A stretch of DNA of 64,000 bases from Octopus sinensis (Eukaryota), in contig NC_043021.1 of NCBI RefSeq assembly GCF_006345805.1, positions 19,902,001 through 19,966,000 on the forward strand, in the 5' to 3' direction. A program made the position numbers and the translations under genes. Below the pieces are notes generated by a model that saw nothing but the letters and a program-made list of their open reading frames with translations, was not told where the DNA came from and searched no databases. This document shows, in pieces, positions 13,502-26,990 of this stretch. Position 1 is the stretch's first letter. Each line of letters starts with the position of its first letter.

Positions 13502-14399
13502 CATTATTGACCACACAGGCTCAATGTATGTACTTTGTTTGTTATGATTTAGCATGGTGGGGATGGCTCCCTCATATGGTGTGTTTACGTCCCCGTAACT
13601 TAGCGGTTCGGAAAAAGAGACTGATAGAATAAGTACTAGGCTTACAAAGAATAAGTCCTCGGGTCAATTTGCTCGACTAAAGGCAGTGCTCCAGCATGGT
13701 TACAGTCAAAATGACTGAAACAAGTAAAAGGGTAAAAGAATATAATGTTTGTGATTTCAGACATAGAGAGGCACTTATTCAGACTTGAATCAAAGGTGTG
13801 CTGTCACATTGCGTGTCTTCCAAACCTTGTTTTCTGGCTTATATCAGGCCCTGTCTGTTCCCACTGTACTCTCTCTCTCTCTCTCTCTTTTTCCATCACT
13901 ACTCCTTTGCCCCTTACCTTTGCTTACCTCTACTCTTGCCAATCACTCCCTTCCCAGCATCATATTCCCCCCTTCTTTCCATTACACCCTCTTTTCACCC
14001 ACCTCAATCACCTGACCAAATGTACACACAATAGGTAATCAACCACTTACTTTAATCCACTGAACCCCTTACTCTGCTCTCAAATACCCATTTCTGGCCT
14101 TTCTGTCATCATTGGTCCCATTTCTTTCTCTACTTCGGTCTACACATTTTAGGATACTGAGTATACTTTCATTTACATTTAACTGTGTATAAGGGGATCC
14201 CTCCACCCTTCACCACATGTGCATGCTGTAATGTGGTAGGTTAAAAGGGCACAGAAAACATAGGGTTACGAGGGCCCTCTAGTCTCGTCTCATTGAGGAC
14301 TATTCGACCTCTCTTGTTTTGGTGCCATGAGCAAACACATTTAGTAAACTCTGTAAAGTGATTGGCAACAGGAAGGGCATCCATTTATAGGAAGCAAGC

Positions 14400-14595
14400 C
14401 AAATGACATACAAGTTCCAAATGACATATACATGTTCCAAATGACACATACCAGTTCCAAATGACACATACCAGTTCAAAATGACACATACCCGTTCCAA
14501 ATGACACATACCAGTTCCAAATGACACATACCAGTTCAAAATAACACATACCTGTTCCAAATGACGTATACCAGTTCCAAATGACACATACAAAC
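14400..14595. repeat. 20-bp minisatellite, about 9 copies
   Basis: Unit AAATGACACATACCAGTTCC in direct tandem, with no spacers. Confidence 0.95.
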
Positions 14596-14820
14596 CCTAA
14601 ACAAAACAGAATTTCTTGCTATGTGACATTTCTAGCAACCAATTTTTTTTTATCTTTCGTTATGTCAGCTGAAGGATTGCCATTATGCGAAACTCAGAAA
14701 ACAACAAAACGGATCATTGGCATTGAACGAATAAGTAAATTTTATTTGCTGAGTACCTTTTTTTTTACCATTTAAACATCCATATATATATATATGTGTG
14801 TGTGTGTGTGCATGTATGTG

Positions 14821-14894
<74 letters not shown>

Positions 14895-14896
14895 TC

Positions 14897-15118
14897 AAAA
14901 TGTGACCGCGTGTGTACCGTTGGCGATTTTTTTCCTCCGTCTTCCCTTCTTTGGATCTTTCCTTTTCCTATGTTTCTGACGAAGAGCTCTGCTCGAAACG
15001 TTAAACCCTCCTTCTTTCCTTCTTTCCTGAACGTCCAATAATACTATACTTGTTCCATTGTTCCACGTCCTTGCGTTGTTGTGTTTTCTCTTTGTGTTTT
15101 CATGTTTGGATTAACTTT
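14897..15118 (+). mobile_element. Short TA-flanked element with minimal hammerhead motif, copy 2
   Basis: Second copy of 12850-13050, flanked by (TA)n on both sides. Confidence 0.65.
14972..15006 (+). ncRNA. Minimal type I hammerhead ribozyme motif (Penelope-like)
   Basis: GUUU-CUGACGA-A-GAGC(UCU)GCUC-GAAA-CG-U-U-AAAC: helix I of 4 bp, helix II of 4 bp and palindromic ACGU helix III. The U17 cleavage site is suboptimal. Confidence 0.55.
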
Positions 15119-16098
15119 ATATATATATAATATATATATATTTACAAGTTTGGTCTAAAACAGAAAAAAAAACCCTTAAAAACTCCTGAAAATACTGACA
15201 GTTCCCATTAAGAGCATCAAACCCCTTAACTAACATTTACTAAATGATGATCATGCAGTAAATCATAGAAAAAAAAAGGGTTCTGTGAATTTTATTTGTT
15301 GAATTAACAACTTATCGTTGTTTTGCTGGAGAAACTAATATTTTTACTTCCCCTGCTATCACATGAGGATCATAAACAATTTGTATCCTCTCAACCACCA
15401 ACTGACAGACTCTCCTGTCACCTCTCCATCTCTGATGCTGTCTTGCACAGTCCAATGTTACACTAAAAGTCATCTTTAAAGCCAAGAGGAAACCTCAGAA
15501 TGCGAATCCTTGTCCATATAAACATCTATACATATGTATTAATATGACTATATGAATATGTGTACACACAAACACACACAAATTTTCATTTTACTGCTTG
15601 ATTCAAGCCATTGTAGTTCTGGCCATGCTGGGACATTCCAGTGCATATTTACAACAACACAAAACACACACAAACAAACAAACACAAATACACAACCACA
15701 CACACACAATATGGTCGCAGAGAGAAATATTAAGGAAAAAAAAAATATTTTTCAATCATTTTTTTCCACCACCCCGCACTTTCTTTTCGTGAAAATAACA
15801 AAAAAAAAATTGAATAAATAATAATGATAAACAAATAAAACTATAATTGGGCTCAAAAAAACCAAACCTTTTTACAAAATTTTTATCAAAAAAACGTCTC
15901 TAGAAGATTCATATCAGAAACTACTTTTTGTTCAAGACAGATTTCTGTCTGTCTGTCAGATTGGTCTTTCAATGGTTGCAAACCATTATTTTGTACAAAT
16001 ATTAGGTTTGCTGTTTTTATTTTTCATTGCATTTTTTTTTTTCCTTTTTTTATTCTAAAATGAATATTTAATCGTTAAGAATCATAGAATTATATATA

Positions 16099-16141
<43 letters not shown>

Positions 16142-16553
16142 TATTATTATCATCCTTGTCGTTGTGTTGGCGAGTGTTGAATATTTCATTGTTAATCACC
16201 CTCTTCCCCCACCCCCCAATGTCAATCTATACACCGTCAACATAAATGTATTATATCATCAAATATTATAAATATACCGTACACCATGGCGTTTATACAT
16301 ACTTACACACTCACACACACACACACACACACACATGCACACTCTATAAATATATATATGTTTGTGTGTGTATGTATATGTATATATATATATATCAATT
16401 ATCATTCGCTCATAGGTGTTTCCGATACATATGTATGTGTGTGTGTGTGTGTGTGTTCGTGTGTGCATGTGTGTGTGTATGAGCAGACATATGCATATAT
16501 ATATATATATACATATGTGCACATATATATATGTATTCATGTATGTATATGTG

Positions 16554-16590
<37 letters not shown>

Positions 16591-16868
16591 ATATATGTGC
16601 ATGTATATATATATGTATAACATCAATAAGCATATTTATATATAAGTGATGAGCCATATAGTGACCACTCTCTTATATTTATTTTGTAAAAATATTATAA
16701 TATGTTATAAAATATTATAATAATCCAGGTTTCTCGGAGCACTAGGCCACTTGGTGTTGAATAGATATACTATTAAATTAGTATCTAATTCTCTCACCCT
16801 TATTAATTAATTATATATATATATGAATATATATATACATATGAATATATATATACATATATTTATCT

Positions 16869-16903
<35 letters not shown>

Positions 16904-17564
16904 TACACACAAACACACACATATATACACACACACTATGCACAAACTCAATACCTAGAAATGATATTGTTTAAAATATTGAAACCGTAAACCTTCTTAT
17001 CCAAAGAATATTCAATAATATTTTCGTAATATTTTCTTTTCACCTTTTCTTCATCCATCTCCTCATATTTTTAGTCATTTAATATCTTTAAATATTCTTT
17101 TCCGAATATCAACCCTGGACCTTTCTTCCTGTGGTTTTGTCCTCATTGACATGGCCCCTAAAAATATTTCAACAGTTTGTTATTTCCCCACACCTAATTT
17201 TTTGGTATATTTCGGTATTTTTTTTTTTCTACATTTATGGAATGATTAACTCATCATTCTGTTCTTTAATGAATTGTTGTTAATTACAACAACAACAACA
17301 ACAACAGGAAGAACAACAATTCCAGTCACAACTTTGTTGTGTCCTTCCTGTTGTGGAAAGAAAGAACAAAAAGACCCCCCAAAAAACAAAAAAACCCAAA
17401 CAATAATGATGTTTACTTTTGCTTCTTGTAGAATATTATCTGTATGGTGATGTAAATGTTTAAAAAAAAAATATACATATATAATAAAACAAAAAAAAAA
17501 TATTATCTATCTAGCGGTGCTCCAGCATGACACCAGCCCACTGGCTGATATTAGTAGAAGAATA

Positions 17565-18315
<751 letters not shown>

Positions 18316-18399
18316 TATGTGTGTGTGTATATATGAACATGTATATTGTATGTATATGTGAATTATTATTTTGTTGTCTCTTCATGTTAATAAATATTG

Positions 18400-19330
18400 G
18401 TAATGCAAGCGTTATTCTTATATGAATTCTTTCAGTAAAAGTTCCATAAGATATCCAGAAGATGGCTTTATTTGTTTCAGTACGGTTCACCATTTTTAAA
18501 GGTTGGTTCCAGCTGCCCTGCGTATATTGAACCCAGATGCATTTGAATTCTCATCGCAGTAATGGTTTCGTTCTTCATCATTCTCTCGGCTACACATGTG
18601 AAGAGACTGAGAGATTCAGGTTGTTCAATCAGGGTATACTCACCCCTCTCATCCATTTTACTGGTGAGCAAGAACCTCCCTTTCCAACTGGAGACGAGAG
18701 CATGGCCTGAAAGGAAACTGGCTTCAGTCCTTTCATTTGTATCCTTCGTGGGATGACGTCAGCAACTGGGGAGCTGACCAGAACTTGGGGCTGACAGGAA
18801 GGGGCAGGAGTGACGCGCACGCAGCGAGGGCAGCATTCTGCCTTTTCGAGGCAGGTCACCGAGCGGGTAAGACGGGGTCAGCACGTTGTTAAGGTAGGGG
18901 AGAAGCAGCTGCTATTTCTAGCATTCGGGTCGGGCTGTGTTGAGGGATCCATTACCGCTGAAGGGTCTCCATCAGAGAGAAGAGAAGGTAGGTGTCCTTA
19001 TTTCGAATCTCTCGCATACACCACATCCTTAACACTCGCAGGGTGTGTGGCATGTCAGGAACAAGTAGCTTCCTTGATATGTGTGATGTTGAGAACATGT
19101 TGCACACTTAGGGGTGGTTGGTTTCATTGGTGTATAGTGGTTCTTGTATTGGGTGTGCTTCCACATGTGGTGTCACCAAATTTCAAGCAGGGGTATAACA
19201 AAAGTTTTCCATTAAGATTTGTGATTAAATTAACGAGTGAGGTCAGTATTTATAATGAATTTGCCAATTTTGATGGGTGTGCAGCGCACACCTAGCACAC
19301 GCAGAATATACACCCTTGGTTGGTGTGCTT
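18400..19330 (-). mobile_element. Degenerate non-LTR retrotransposon remnant (possible I/Jockey-group ORF1 Cys knuckle region)
   Basis: Broken minus-strand frames give CLKFGDT and PKCATCSQHH, resembling CCHC knuckles. About 280 bp (18745-19020) recurs at 25965-26240. Confidence 0.3.
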
Positions 19331-20762
19331 TGGTCATCACCTGGTGCCCTGTTCTCACCTCAGACTCCAAGAAGCTGTTCGCATGCAACAGTGGCCACAC
19401 CCTTGTAAACTACTTTGATTGACCGGCTAAACAAGGTGAGAGCAGCCGATGGGTATATAACTCTTGGTGAGTTAGGGCTTGCCTATTCATGCATGTGAAG
19501 ACTGGAATCAGAGGACTTTGTGGAAAAAACCTTCATGGCTCAACACAGAGGATGGCAGCTGCAGCAATACATCATGGGATGCAGAGAGAAAGATGAAGAA
19601 AATAAGACATCTTGGTCACTGGATGACCGTTGCCAGAGCAGCAAACTGGCTTCCGTGCTGGTGGTACTTAAAAAGCACCATTCAAGCGTGATCGTTACCT
19701 GCGTTGCCTTACTGGCACTTGTGCTGGTGGTACGTGAAAAAACATTGTTAATTATTAAATTAATAATCTTTTAACCTATATCTATAATATATATCATCAT
19801 CATCATCGTTTAACGTCCGCTTTCCATGCTAGCATGAGTTGGCCGATTTGATTGAGGACTGGTGAGCCAGATGGCTGCACCAGGTTCTAATCTGATCTGG
19901 CAGAGTTTCTACAGTTTGATGCCCTTCCTAACACCAACCACTCTGAGAGTGTAGTGGGTCTTTTACATTCCACCAGCACGAGGGCCAATCAGGCGGCACT
20001 GGCAACGGCCACGTTCAAATGGTGCTTTTTATGTGCCACTTGCACAGGAGCCAGTCCAGCGGCACTGGCAACGACCTTGCTCGAATGTTTTTTCATGTAC
20101 TGCCAGCACAAGTGCCAGTAAGGTGACGTTGGTAATGATCATGCTCGAATGGTGCTTTGTAAGTACCACCGGCACAGAAGCCAGTTTGCTGCTATGGCAA
20201 CGGTCGTGCTCGGATGGTGCTCTTAGTGCTCCACTAGCACGGATGCCAGTCATCGAATTAGATTTCGATTTCACTTGCCTCAACAGGTCTTCGCAAGCAG
20301 AGTGTAGTGTCCAATGAAAGAAAGGTACACATAAGTGGGCTGGTTACACCCCTGGCATAGACCATGAGGTTATGGTCTCGGCTTGCCGGGTCTTATTGGT
20401 ACTTATTTTATTGACCCTGAAAGGATGAAAAGCATAGTTGACTTCAGCTGAATTTGAACTGAGAATGTAAAGACAGAGGAAATGCCGCTAAGCATTTTGC
20501 CTGGTGTGTTAACAATTATGCTCGTTTGCCGCTTTACCTTGTAATTAAATATTTAAATAACAGAAGAGATTTTATCTGCCATGTTTATAGATTCTGGGCC
20601 AGCCATGACCCTCTAGTAGATAATTTCTAACTGAAAGAGAACACTAGAAAATTATGGGGAGGGGTTAGTACTTGACTGGTGACCCCAGAATAATGAAAGG
20701 TGAAGCTAACCCAGAAGGAATTTGAACTCAGAAAGTAGAGCTCTGATAAATACTGTTTTTGG

Positions 20763-20817
<55 letters not shown>

Positions 20818-20892
20818 AACTGCTGCTGCTGCTGCTACCACCACCATTACTAAAAACACAATTCTTAGAATGTAATTGAACACATTGTAATT

Positions 20893-21340
20893 GGACACAT
20901 TGAAACTCCGACGTCTGGCAGCTGACCTGGCAGACACCCATAAAATTATCAACCATCGTACAAACAATAACTCCGAGCACCTTTTCAAACTCTGCCTGTC
21001 TAACACCCGTGGACATATTTACAAAGTCAGAAAACAGCACAGCTCCCATGACTTCAGGAAACATTTTTTCACGCTGAGAGTTGCTGAAGCATGGAACAAA
21101 CTCCCGGCATCAGTTGTTAGTTGTCGGAGCACTGCATCCTTCAAAACTTCCATGCTTTCAGAGATTCGCCAACACTACACCTGATCTTTCTCCCCTCCAT
21201 ACACACACAAGCATGTATCTGACTCATACATTGTTCGCTTTCCAGACATTTTTACATTACTGCATGTACTTTATATGCACTTTCTGACAAGTTGTGGTGC
21301 ACCTGAGCACTGTATACAATAATTTCATTATTATTATTAT
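20893..21340 (+). mobile_element. CR1-clade LINE, 5'-truncated 3' end
   Basis: DTLKLRRLAADLADTHKI...RGHIYKVRKQ...RKHFFTLRVAEAWNKLP is the CR1 RT C-terminus. It is followed by the 3' UTR and an (ATT)n tail. Confidence 0.92.
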
Positions 21341-21530
21341 AATTGATAATGGATTCTTCATTGATCTCAATGAAGAGGCGGTTTCTGTTGTCCAGCCTTA
21401 CTTGGGAAATACTTAAGGTGGCAGAATATTCCACAGCATAGGTGTACCCATAATGCAATTATCTAACCAAATTAGCATGGCACCTTGTGACATGTTGTGA
21501 CAATACTGAACATTTGAAATCATTATCATC

Positions 21531-21762
21531 TATTTCTTTACTACCCACAAGGGGCTAAACACAGAGAGGACAAACAAGGACAGACAAACGGATTAAGTCG
21601 ATTATATCGACCCCAGTGCATAACTGGTACTTATTTAATTGACCCTGAAAGGATGAAAGGCAAAGTCGACCTCGGCGGAATTTGAACTCAGAGCGTAGCG
21701 ACAGACGAAATACCACTAAGCATTTCACCCGGCATGCTAACGTTTCTGCCAGCTCGCCGCCT
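21531..21762 (-). mobile_element. SINE family B, full-length copy
   Basis: Reverse complement of the 8397-8813 monomer. Confidence 0.85.
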
Positions 21763-22724
21763 TATTATCATCATTATCGTTTAACCTCCGCTGACTGAGG
21801 ACTGGTAAGCCAGTAGGCTGCACCAGGCTCCAATCTGATCTGGCAAGATTTCTACAGCTGGATGCCCTTCTTAACACCAGCTACTCCGAGAGTGTAGTGG
21901 GTGCTTTTTACGTTCCACTGGCACAGGAGCCCTTCGGGGGGCACTGGTATTTACCCCATTCGGGTGGTACTTTTTATGTACCACCGGCATAGGGAACCAG
22001 TCAGGCAGCACTGGCATCGACCCATGCTTGAACGGTGCTTATTATGTGCCACCAGCATGGGGGAGAGTCAGTCAGGTGGCACCGGCATCAGCCACAATTA
22101 CGATTTCCATTTTGATTTTGATTTTACTTGACTCAATAGGTCTTCTCAGGTGCAGCATATCGCTCGACAATTCAAGAGTACTTTTAAATAGGCTGGTTAT
22201 GCCACAATGGTATCGGCCATGGCTATGATCTCACTTTACTTGCCAGGTCTTCTCAATCACAGCATATCTCCAAGGGTCTCTGTCTGTAAGGCCCAACCTA
22301 TTGTTACCTTCTCTTATGGCGGGATTCTCTGCATCATAAAATGGGCAAGCTATGCACCTTCACAACCAGGCATTATTTCATAGCTTAAAGATATTAATGA
22401 TGCGATTATTTATATTTAGACATTGTAGGGTAGGTGTGAGAGGCTGGATCTGGCCAGTTTGAACATAAAACAGGTAGAATATTTGGGCCAGACATAACTG
22501 GTTTAAATGCTAAAGGGTTTAAAACAGCAAGTTGGAGCTGTGTTGGTCAGGCTGGGATCAAGAGGGTTAAAGCTGTTCCAGCTGTGACCATCCCCTCTTA
22601 AGCACATTGCACCAAGGTTCACATTATTCAGTCTGGACTTCCCTTCTTTTAACCCAAAGCAGCTGAGACCATCTCTTTTTATTCTATCTTTTCCATACAT
22701 AATGCATCTGGGGTTTCATTATTT

Positions 22725-23310
22725 TAAGGTGGCGAGCTGGCAGAATCGTTAGCATGCCGGGCGAAATGCTTAACAGTATTCCGTCTACCGCTACGTTGTG
22801 AGTTCAAATTCTGCCAGGGTCGACTTTGCCTTTCATCCGTTTGTCTGTCCTTGTTTAGCCCCTTGTGGGTAATAAAGAAATAGGTACTTTGTCTACCATT
22901 AGGTTCTGAGTTCAAATTCCATCGAAGTTGACTTTGCCTTTTATCCTTTCGGGGTCGATAAATTAAGTACCAGTTACGCACTGGAGTCGATATTACCGAC
23001 TTAATCCGTTTGTCTGTCCTTGTTTGTCCTCTCTGTGTGTAGCCCCTTATGGGTAATAAAGAAATAGGTACTTCATCTACCATTCTGAGTTCAAATTCCA
23101 TCGAACTTGACTTTGCATTTCATCCTTTCGGGGTCGATAAATTAAGTACCAGTTACGCACTGGGTCGATATTATCGACTTAATCCGTTTGTCCTCTCTGT
23201 GTTTAGCCCCTTGTGGGTAATAAAGAAATAGGTACTTCGTCTACCATTAGGTTCTGAGTTCAAATTCCATCGAAGTTGACTTTGCCTTTCATCCTTTCGG
23301 GGTCGACCCG
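22725..23310 (+). mobile_element. SINE family B head followed by 3-4 tandem bodies
   Basis: Body units restart after AAAGAAATAG at about 22883, 23067 and 23232, and share private variants (CCATCGAA). Confidence 0.85.
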
Positions 23311-23675
23311 AAAAGATCCAAGTAACGTTCCAACACCTTTAACAACAATTTCATGGAGTTATTCCCCTTTAATAGCTGCAGTTCAGAGCAGAAAATGAGC
23401 GAAACCTCAGCAGCTGACATTTCAACTCAACGTTACACACTCTGTGTATGTGTGAGTATATACACTTATTTATTCTATCTATCTGTGTGTGTGTATGTGT
23501 ATAGACATGTATAAGTGCGAGCGTGTTTGTGTGTATTATATATATATATATAATATAATAAGAGTAAATAATAGTTTTAATAGTTTAAAAAAAAACCCGG
23601 GTAGATTTCGGCATGTAAATATAACCATTAACGGTAGGAACTTTTCTAAAAAAAGTTCAATATATATTTTTGTAT

Positions 23676-24529
23676 ATAAATAAAAGGGGAAGGCAACAGG
23701 TTGCTTAGCCACATACCGAAAAATTAGAAATAGCAGTCAAAGACTGTTTATTTCTATTTTCTACAAATGAGACTCCACATAGGAACCCCTATCTTGCCCA
23801 GGATATCAATCGTCTGGAAGCTGTTCAGCGACATGCAACCAAAAGAATACCCTCCATCAGGCATTTGCCATATCCTGAACGCCTTACTTCCCTGGGCATG
23901 GACACATTGAAACTCCGACGTCTGGCAGCTGACTTGGCAGACACCCATAAGATTATCAACCATCTTACAAACAATAACTCTCAGCACCTTTTCAAACTCC
24001 ACCCGTCTAACACCCGTGGACATATTTACAAAGTCAGAAAACAGCACGGCTCCCATGACTTTAGGAAACATTTTTTCACGCTGAGAGTTGCTGAAGCATG
24101 GAACAAACTGCCGGCATCAGTTGTTAGTTGTCGGAGCACTGCATCCTTCAAAACTTCCATGCTTCCTGAGATTAACCAACACTACACCTGATTTTCTCCC
24201 CTCCATACACACACAAGCATGTATCTGACTCATACATTGTTCGCTTTCCAGACATTTTTACATTACTGCATGTGCTTTATATGCACTTTCTGACAAGTTG
24301 TGGTGCACCTGAGCACTGTATACAATAATTACATTATTATTATTATATACGACATATCCCTGTAATTCACATATGCAAACCAGAAGGAAGAAATAACGAA
24401 AGCAAAGTCTAAGGGATATGTCGTACGTGGGGTTTAATTTGTAGAAAATAGAAATAAACAGTCTTTGACTGCTATTTCTAATTTTTCGGTATGTGGCTAA
24501 GCAACCTGTTGCCTGCCCCTTTTATTCAT
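23676..24529. mobile_element. TA-flanked fold-back element interrupted by a CR1 fragment
   Basis: Perfect 78-bp inverted repeat at 23691-23768 / 24437-24514, plus an inner stem at 24348-24361 / 24412-24425. Confidence 0.85.
23775..24347 (+). mobile_element. CR1-clade LINE, 5'-truncated 3' end (same family as 20893)
   Basis: NPYLAQDINRLEAVQRHATKRIP...YPERLTSLGMDTLKLRRL...WNKLP, with an (ATT)n tail. Confidence 0.93.
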
Positions 24530-24558
24530 ATATATATATATATATATAAGTGTATGTA

Positions 24559-25497
24559 CCGTAAATCCTCGTGTATAATCCGCACCCTCCCCCCAATTTA
24601 AAGGTCAAAATCCCTAGTGCGTACTATATAGGAGGTTATAAAGGAAAAATATTTTCTAAGCAATGTCCGAGTCTCTATTTGCTACCCGGCAATGTTTATT
24701 CAGGCGCATTTTATGATGTCGGGCGCGAAAATACCTTAAGCTAAGCCTGAAAGCAATGAAGTCATAAAGTGATTTATGGACTGAATGGCTGTCGACTGAA
24801 GAAACGTCGTTCACTAAAGGTGGAAGGAAGGGTTCGCGCTCCCGACCTGACTTTGATATGCAAATGGATCGTGTATGCATGGAATGAACTTGATCCTCGG
24901 ATTATTGTGAAAAGTTTTATCAAATGTTGTATATCGTCTGCATCAAATGTTGTATATCGTCTGCATCAAATGTTGTATATCGTCTGCACTGAATGGTACT
25001 CAGGATGACGTTGTATGGAAAGATGAAATAAACGAAAATGAATCTTCTGATGTTGACTATGAATCTGACGATGACGGAGATTTACACTACAATGATGCTG
25101 ACATGTTTACGAAGGGGACAAATGGAACAGTTATTTGATGCTGAAAGTGACGTTGAATTTGAAGGATTTGAATAATTGCTTTTGCTTTTGTAACTGATAG
25201 TGATAAATATGTAAAGGCAATTTACTTAATATATATATTTCACTGACGTTATTACTGTTATTTCTTTATTTTCTGCAAACAAAATGCACAAAAAAGCTAC
25301 ACGTTTGCATTATGTTATATATACAATAATAATAAAGGACGTTATTGTATACCTTTTTATAAACCAAGGATGTTATATAGACCTCCTTGACTCAAGTTAG
25401 AGAAGGGGTGCGTATTATACTCAAGGTTTAGGTTTTACAGAGGTAAAAATCCCTTGCGTATTATACTCAAGGGCGGATTATACTCGAGGATTTACGG
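24559..25497 (+). mobile_element. Internally deleted pogo/Tc1-mariner superfamily DNA transposon
   Basis: TA on both sides, TIR CCGTAAATCCTCGTGTATAATCCGC / GCGGATTATACTCGAGGATTTACGG, and residual transposase C-terminus ICKWIVYAWNELDPRIIVKSFIKCCIS..LNGTQDDVVW. Confidence 0.85.
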
Positions 25498-26575
25498 TAT
25501 GTATGTATGTATGTACATCATGTGATAGATCAGACCATTGGATGTTGTTATACATCACTGGTTACAATGTGCTTAGCGTAGACTTTTAGGTTTCAAACGA
25601 TGCCACCCAGCTAGTTAAGTGAACAGAACAACATTCTCCCTGATGAGAAGGAAGGAGTTTGACACTGTTGCTCTCTTTTGAGTTTTCCTGCCATTATATC
25701 AGTTCAGCTGGGACCTTGGAGAACAGGTCAAGCTGCTCTCTTGAAAACATCACACGTGACCGTCATCCATCTTTCTTTTTCCTCAAGTGATAATCTTTCT
25801 TTTGTTTCAGGGCTGCCCTAGAAGCTTGCTGTGTCTTATCTTTCTCTCTCTTCTATATTTTCTCCTGTCAAAGAAAATATTTCTCCAGCATTTGCTATTT
25901 TCCCCTCATTCTGGTCTAACAACCCTCCATGTTTGTTTTCATTTGGTTTCCTTGTATGTAAAAAGCTGTGGGATGACATCAGCAGCTGGGAAGCTGACTG
26001 GAACTTGGGGCTGACCGGAAGGGGCAGCCAGGACGTGCGTGCAGCGAGCGGGGATTTCTGCCTTTTCAACTCAGGTCGTCGCGGGGTTAAGACGGGTGAT
26101 CACGTTGTTAAGGTTGGGTGAAGCAGCTGCTATCTCTAGCGTTCGGGTCGGGCTGTGTCGAAGGATCCGTTACCGCTGAAGGGTCTCCATCAGAGAGAAG
26201 AGAAGGTAGGTGCCTTTATTTTGAATCTTTCACACACACCACAAAAGCCACTTGGTACAAATTGATCTTGAACCCTGTCATGCATGCACGCTAAGTGATA
26301 GTGTTCTTGCTCACTTCTGTTGTATATAGCAGTGCTTGGAAGCAAAGTATGTAGAGTGTGGTCATCTCACCACACAGAGGTTCTATCAGTGACCATGACA
26401 GAGAAAATGTGTGCAAATACATATGTGTGTGTGTGTGCATGAGTGTATAGAAAGAGATACAGCTTGAAGGTTATTGACCCCTTGCAGATGGATTTAGTAC
26501 TGACAGTCTGTGCTCCGGTATTTTGCCATTCATTAACTACATCATTTTTCATGCAAGGTATTTTACAGAGTATTT

Positions 26576-26809
26576 TAAGGTGGTGAGCTGGCAGAAATGA
26601 TAGCACGCCAGGCGAAATGCTTATCGGTATTTCGTCTGCGGTTACATTCTGAGTTCAAATTCCGCCGAGGTCGACTTTGCCTTTCATTCTTTCGGGGTCG
26701 ATTAAATAAGTACCAGTTAGGCACTGGGATCGATATAATCGACTTAATCTGTTTGTCTGTCCTTGTTTGTCCTCTCCGTGTTTAGCCCCTTGTGGGTAGT
26801 AAAGAAATA
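26576..26809 (+). mobile_element. SINE family B with 19-bp target-site duplication
   Basis: GGTATTTTACAGAGTATTT at 26557-26575 and 26810-26828. Confidence 0.88.
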
Positions 26810-26990
26810 GGTATTTTACAGAGTATTTACAGATTGTTCTCAGTGTGGAATATTTGAAGACATGGTGCCGCACAGAGCAAGACATCGTACTGCTCACACA
26901 CACAGTCTTTCGATGTGGTCAGTACTGCTTCACGTCTGCAAGGGGTTAAGGCCAAGAATCTTTCCAAAAATCTAACCCCACTTGAAAAGT

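Noticed and set aside
14400-14595. Regular short repeats suggestive of a CRISPR array
   Set aside because: The units are directly adjacent with no unique spacers, the context is eukaryotic, and there are no cas genes.
24361-24412. Possible hammerhead in the spacer of the CR1-interrupted fold-back
   Set aside because: GAAA and GTC are present, but there is no CUGANGA-like core or helix II.
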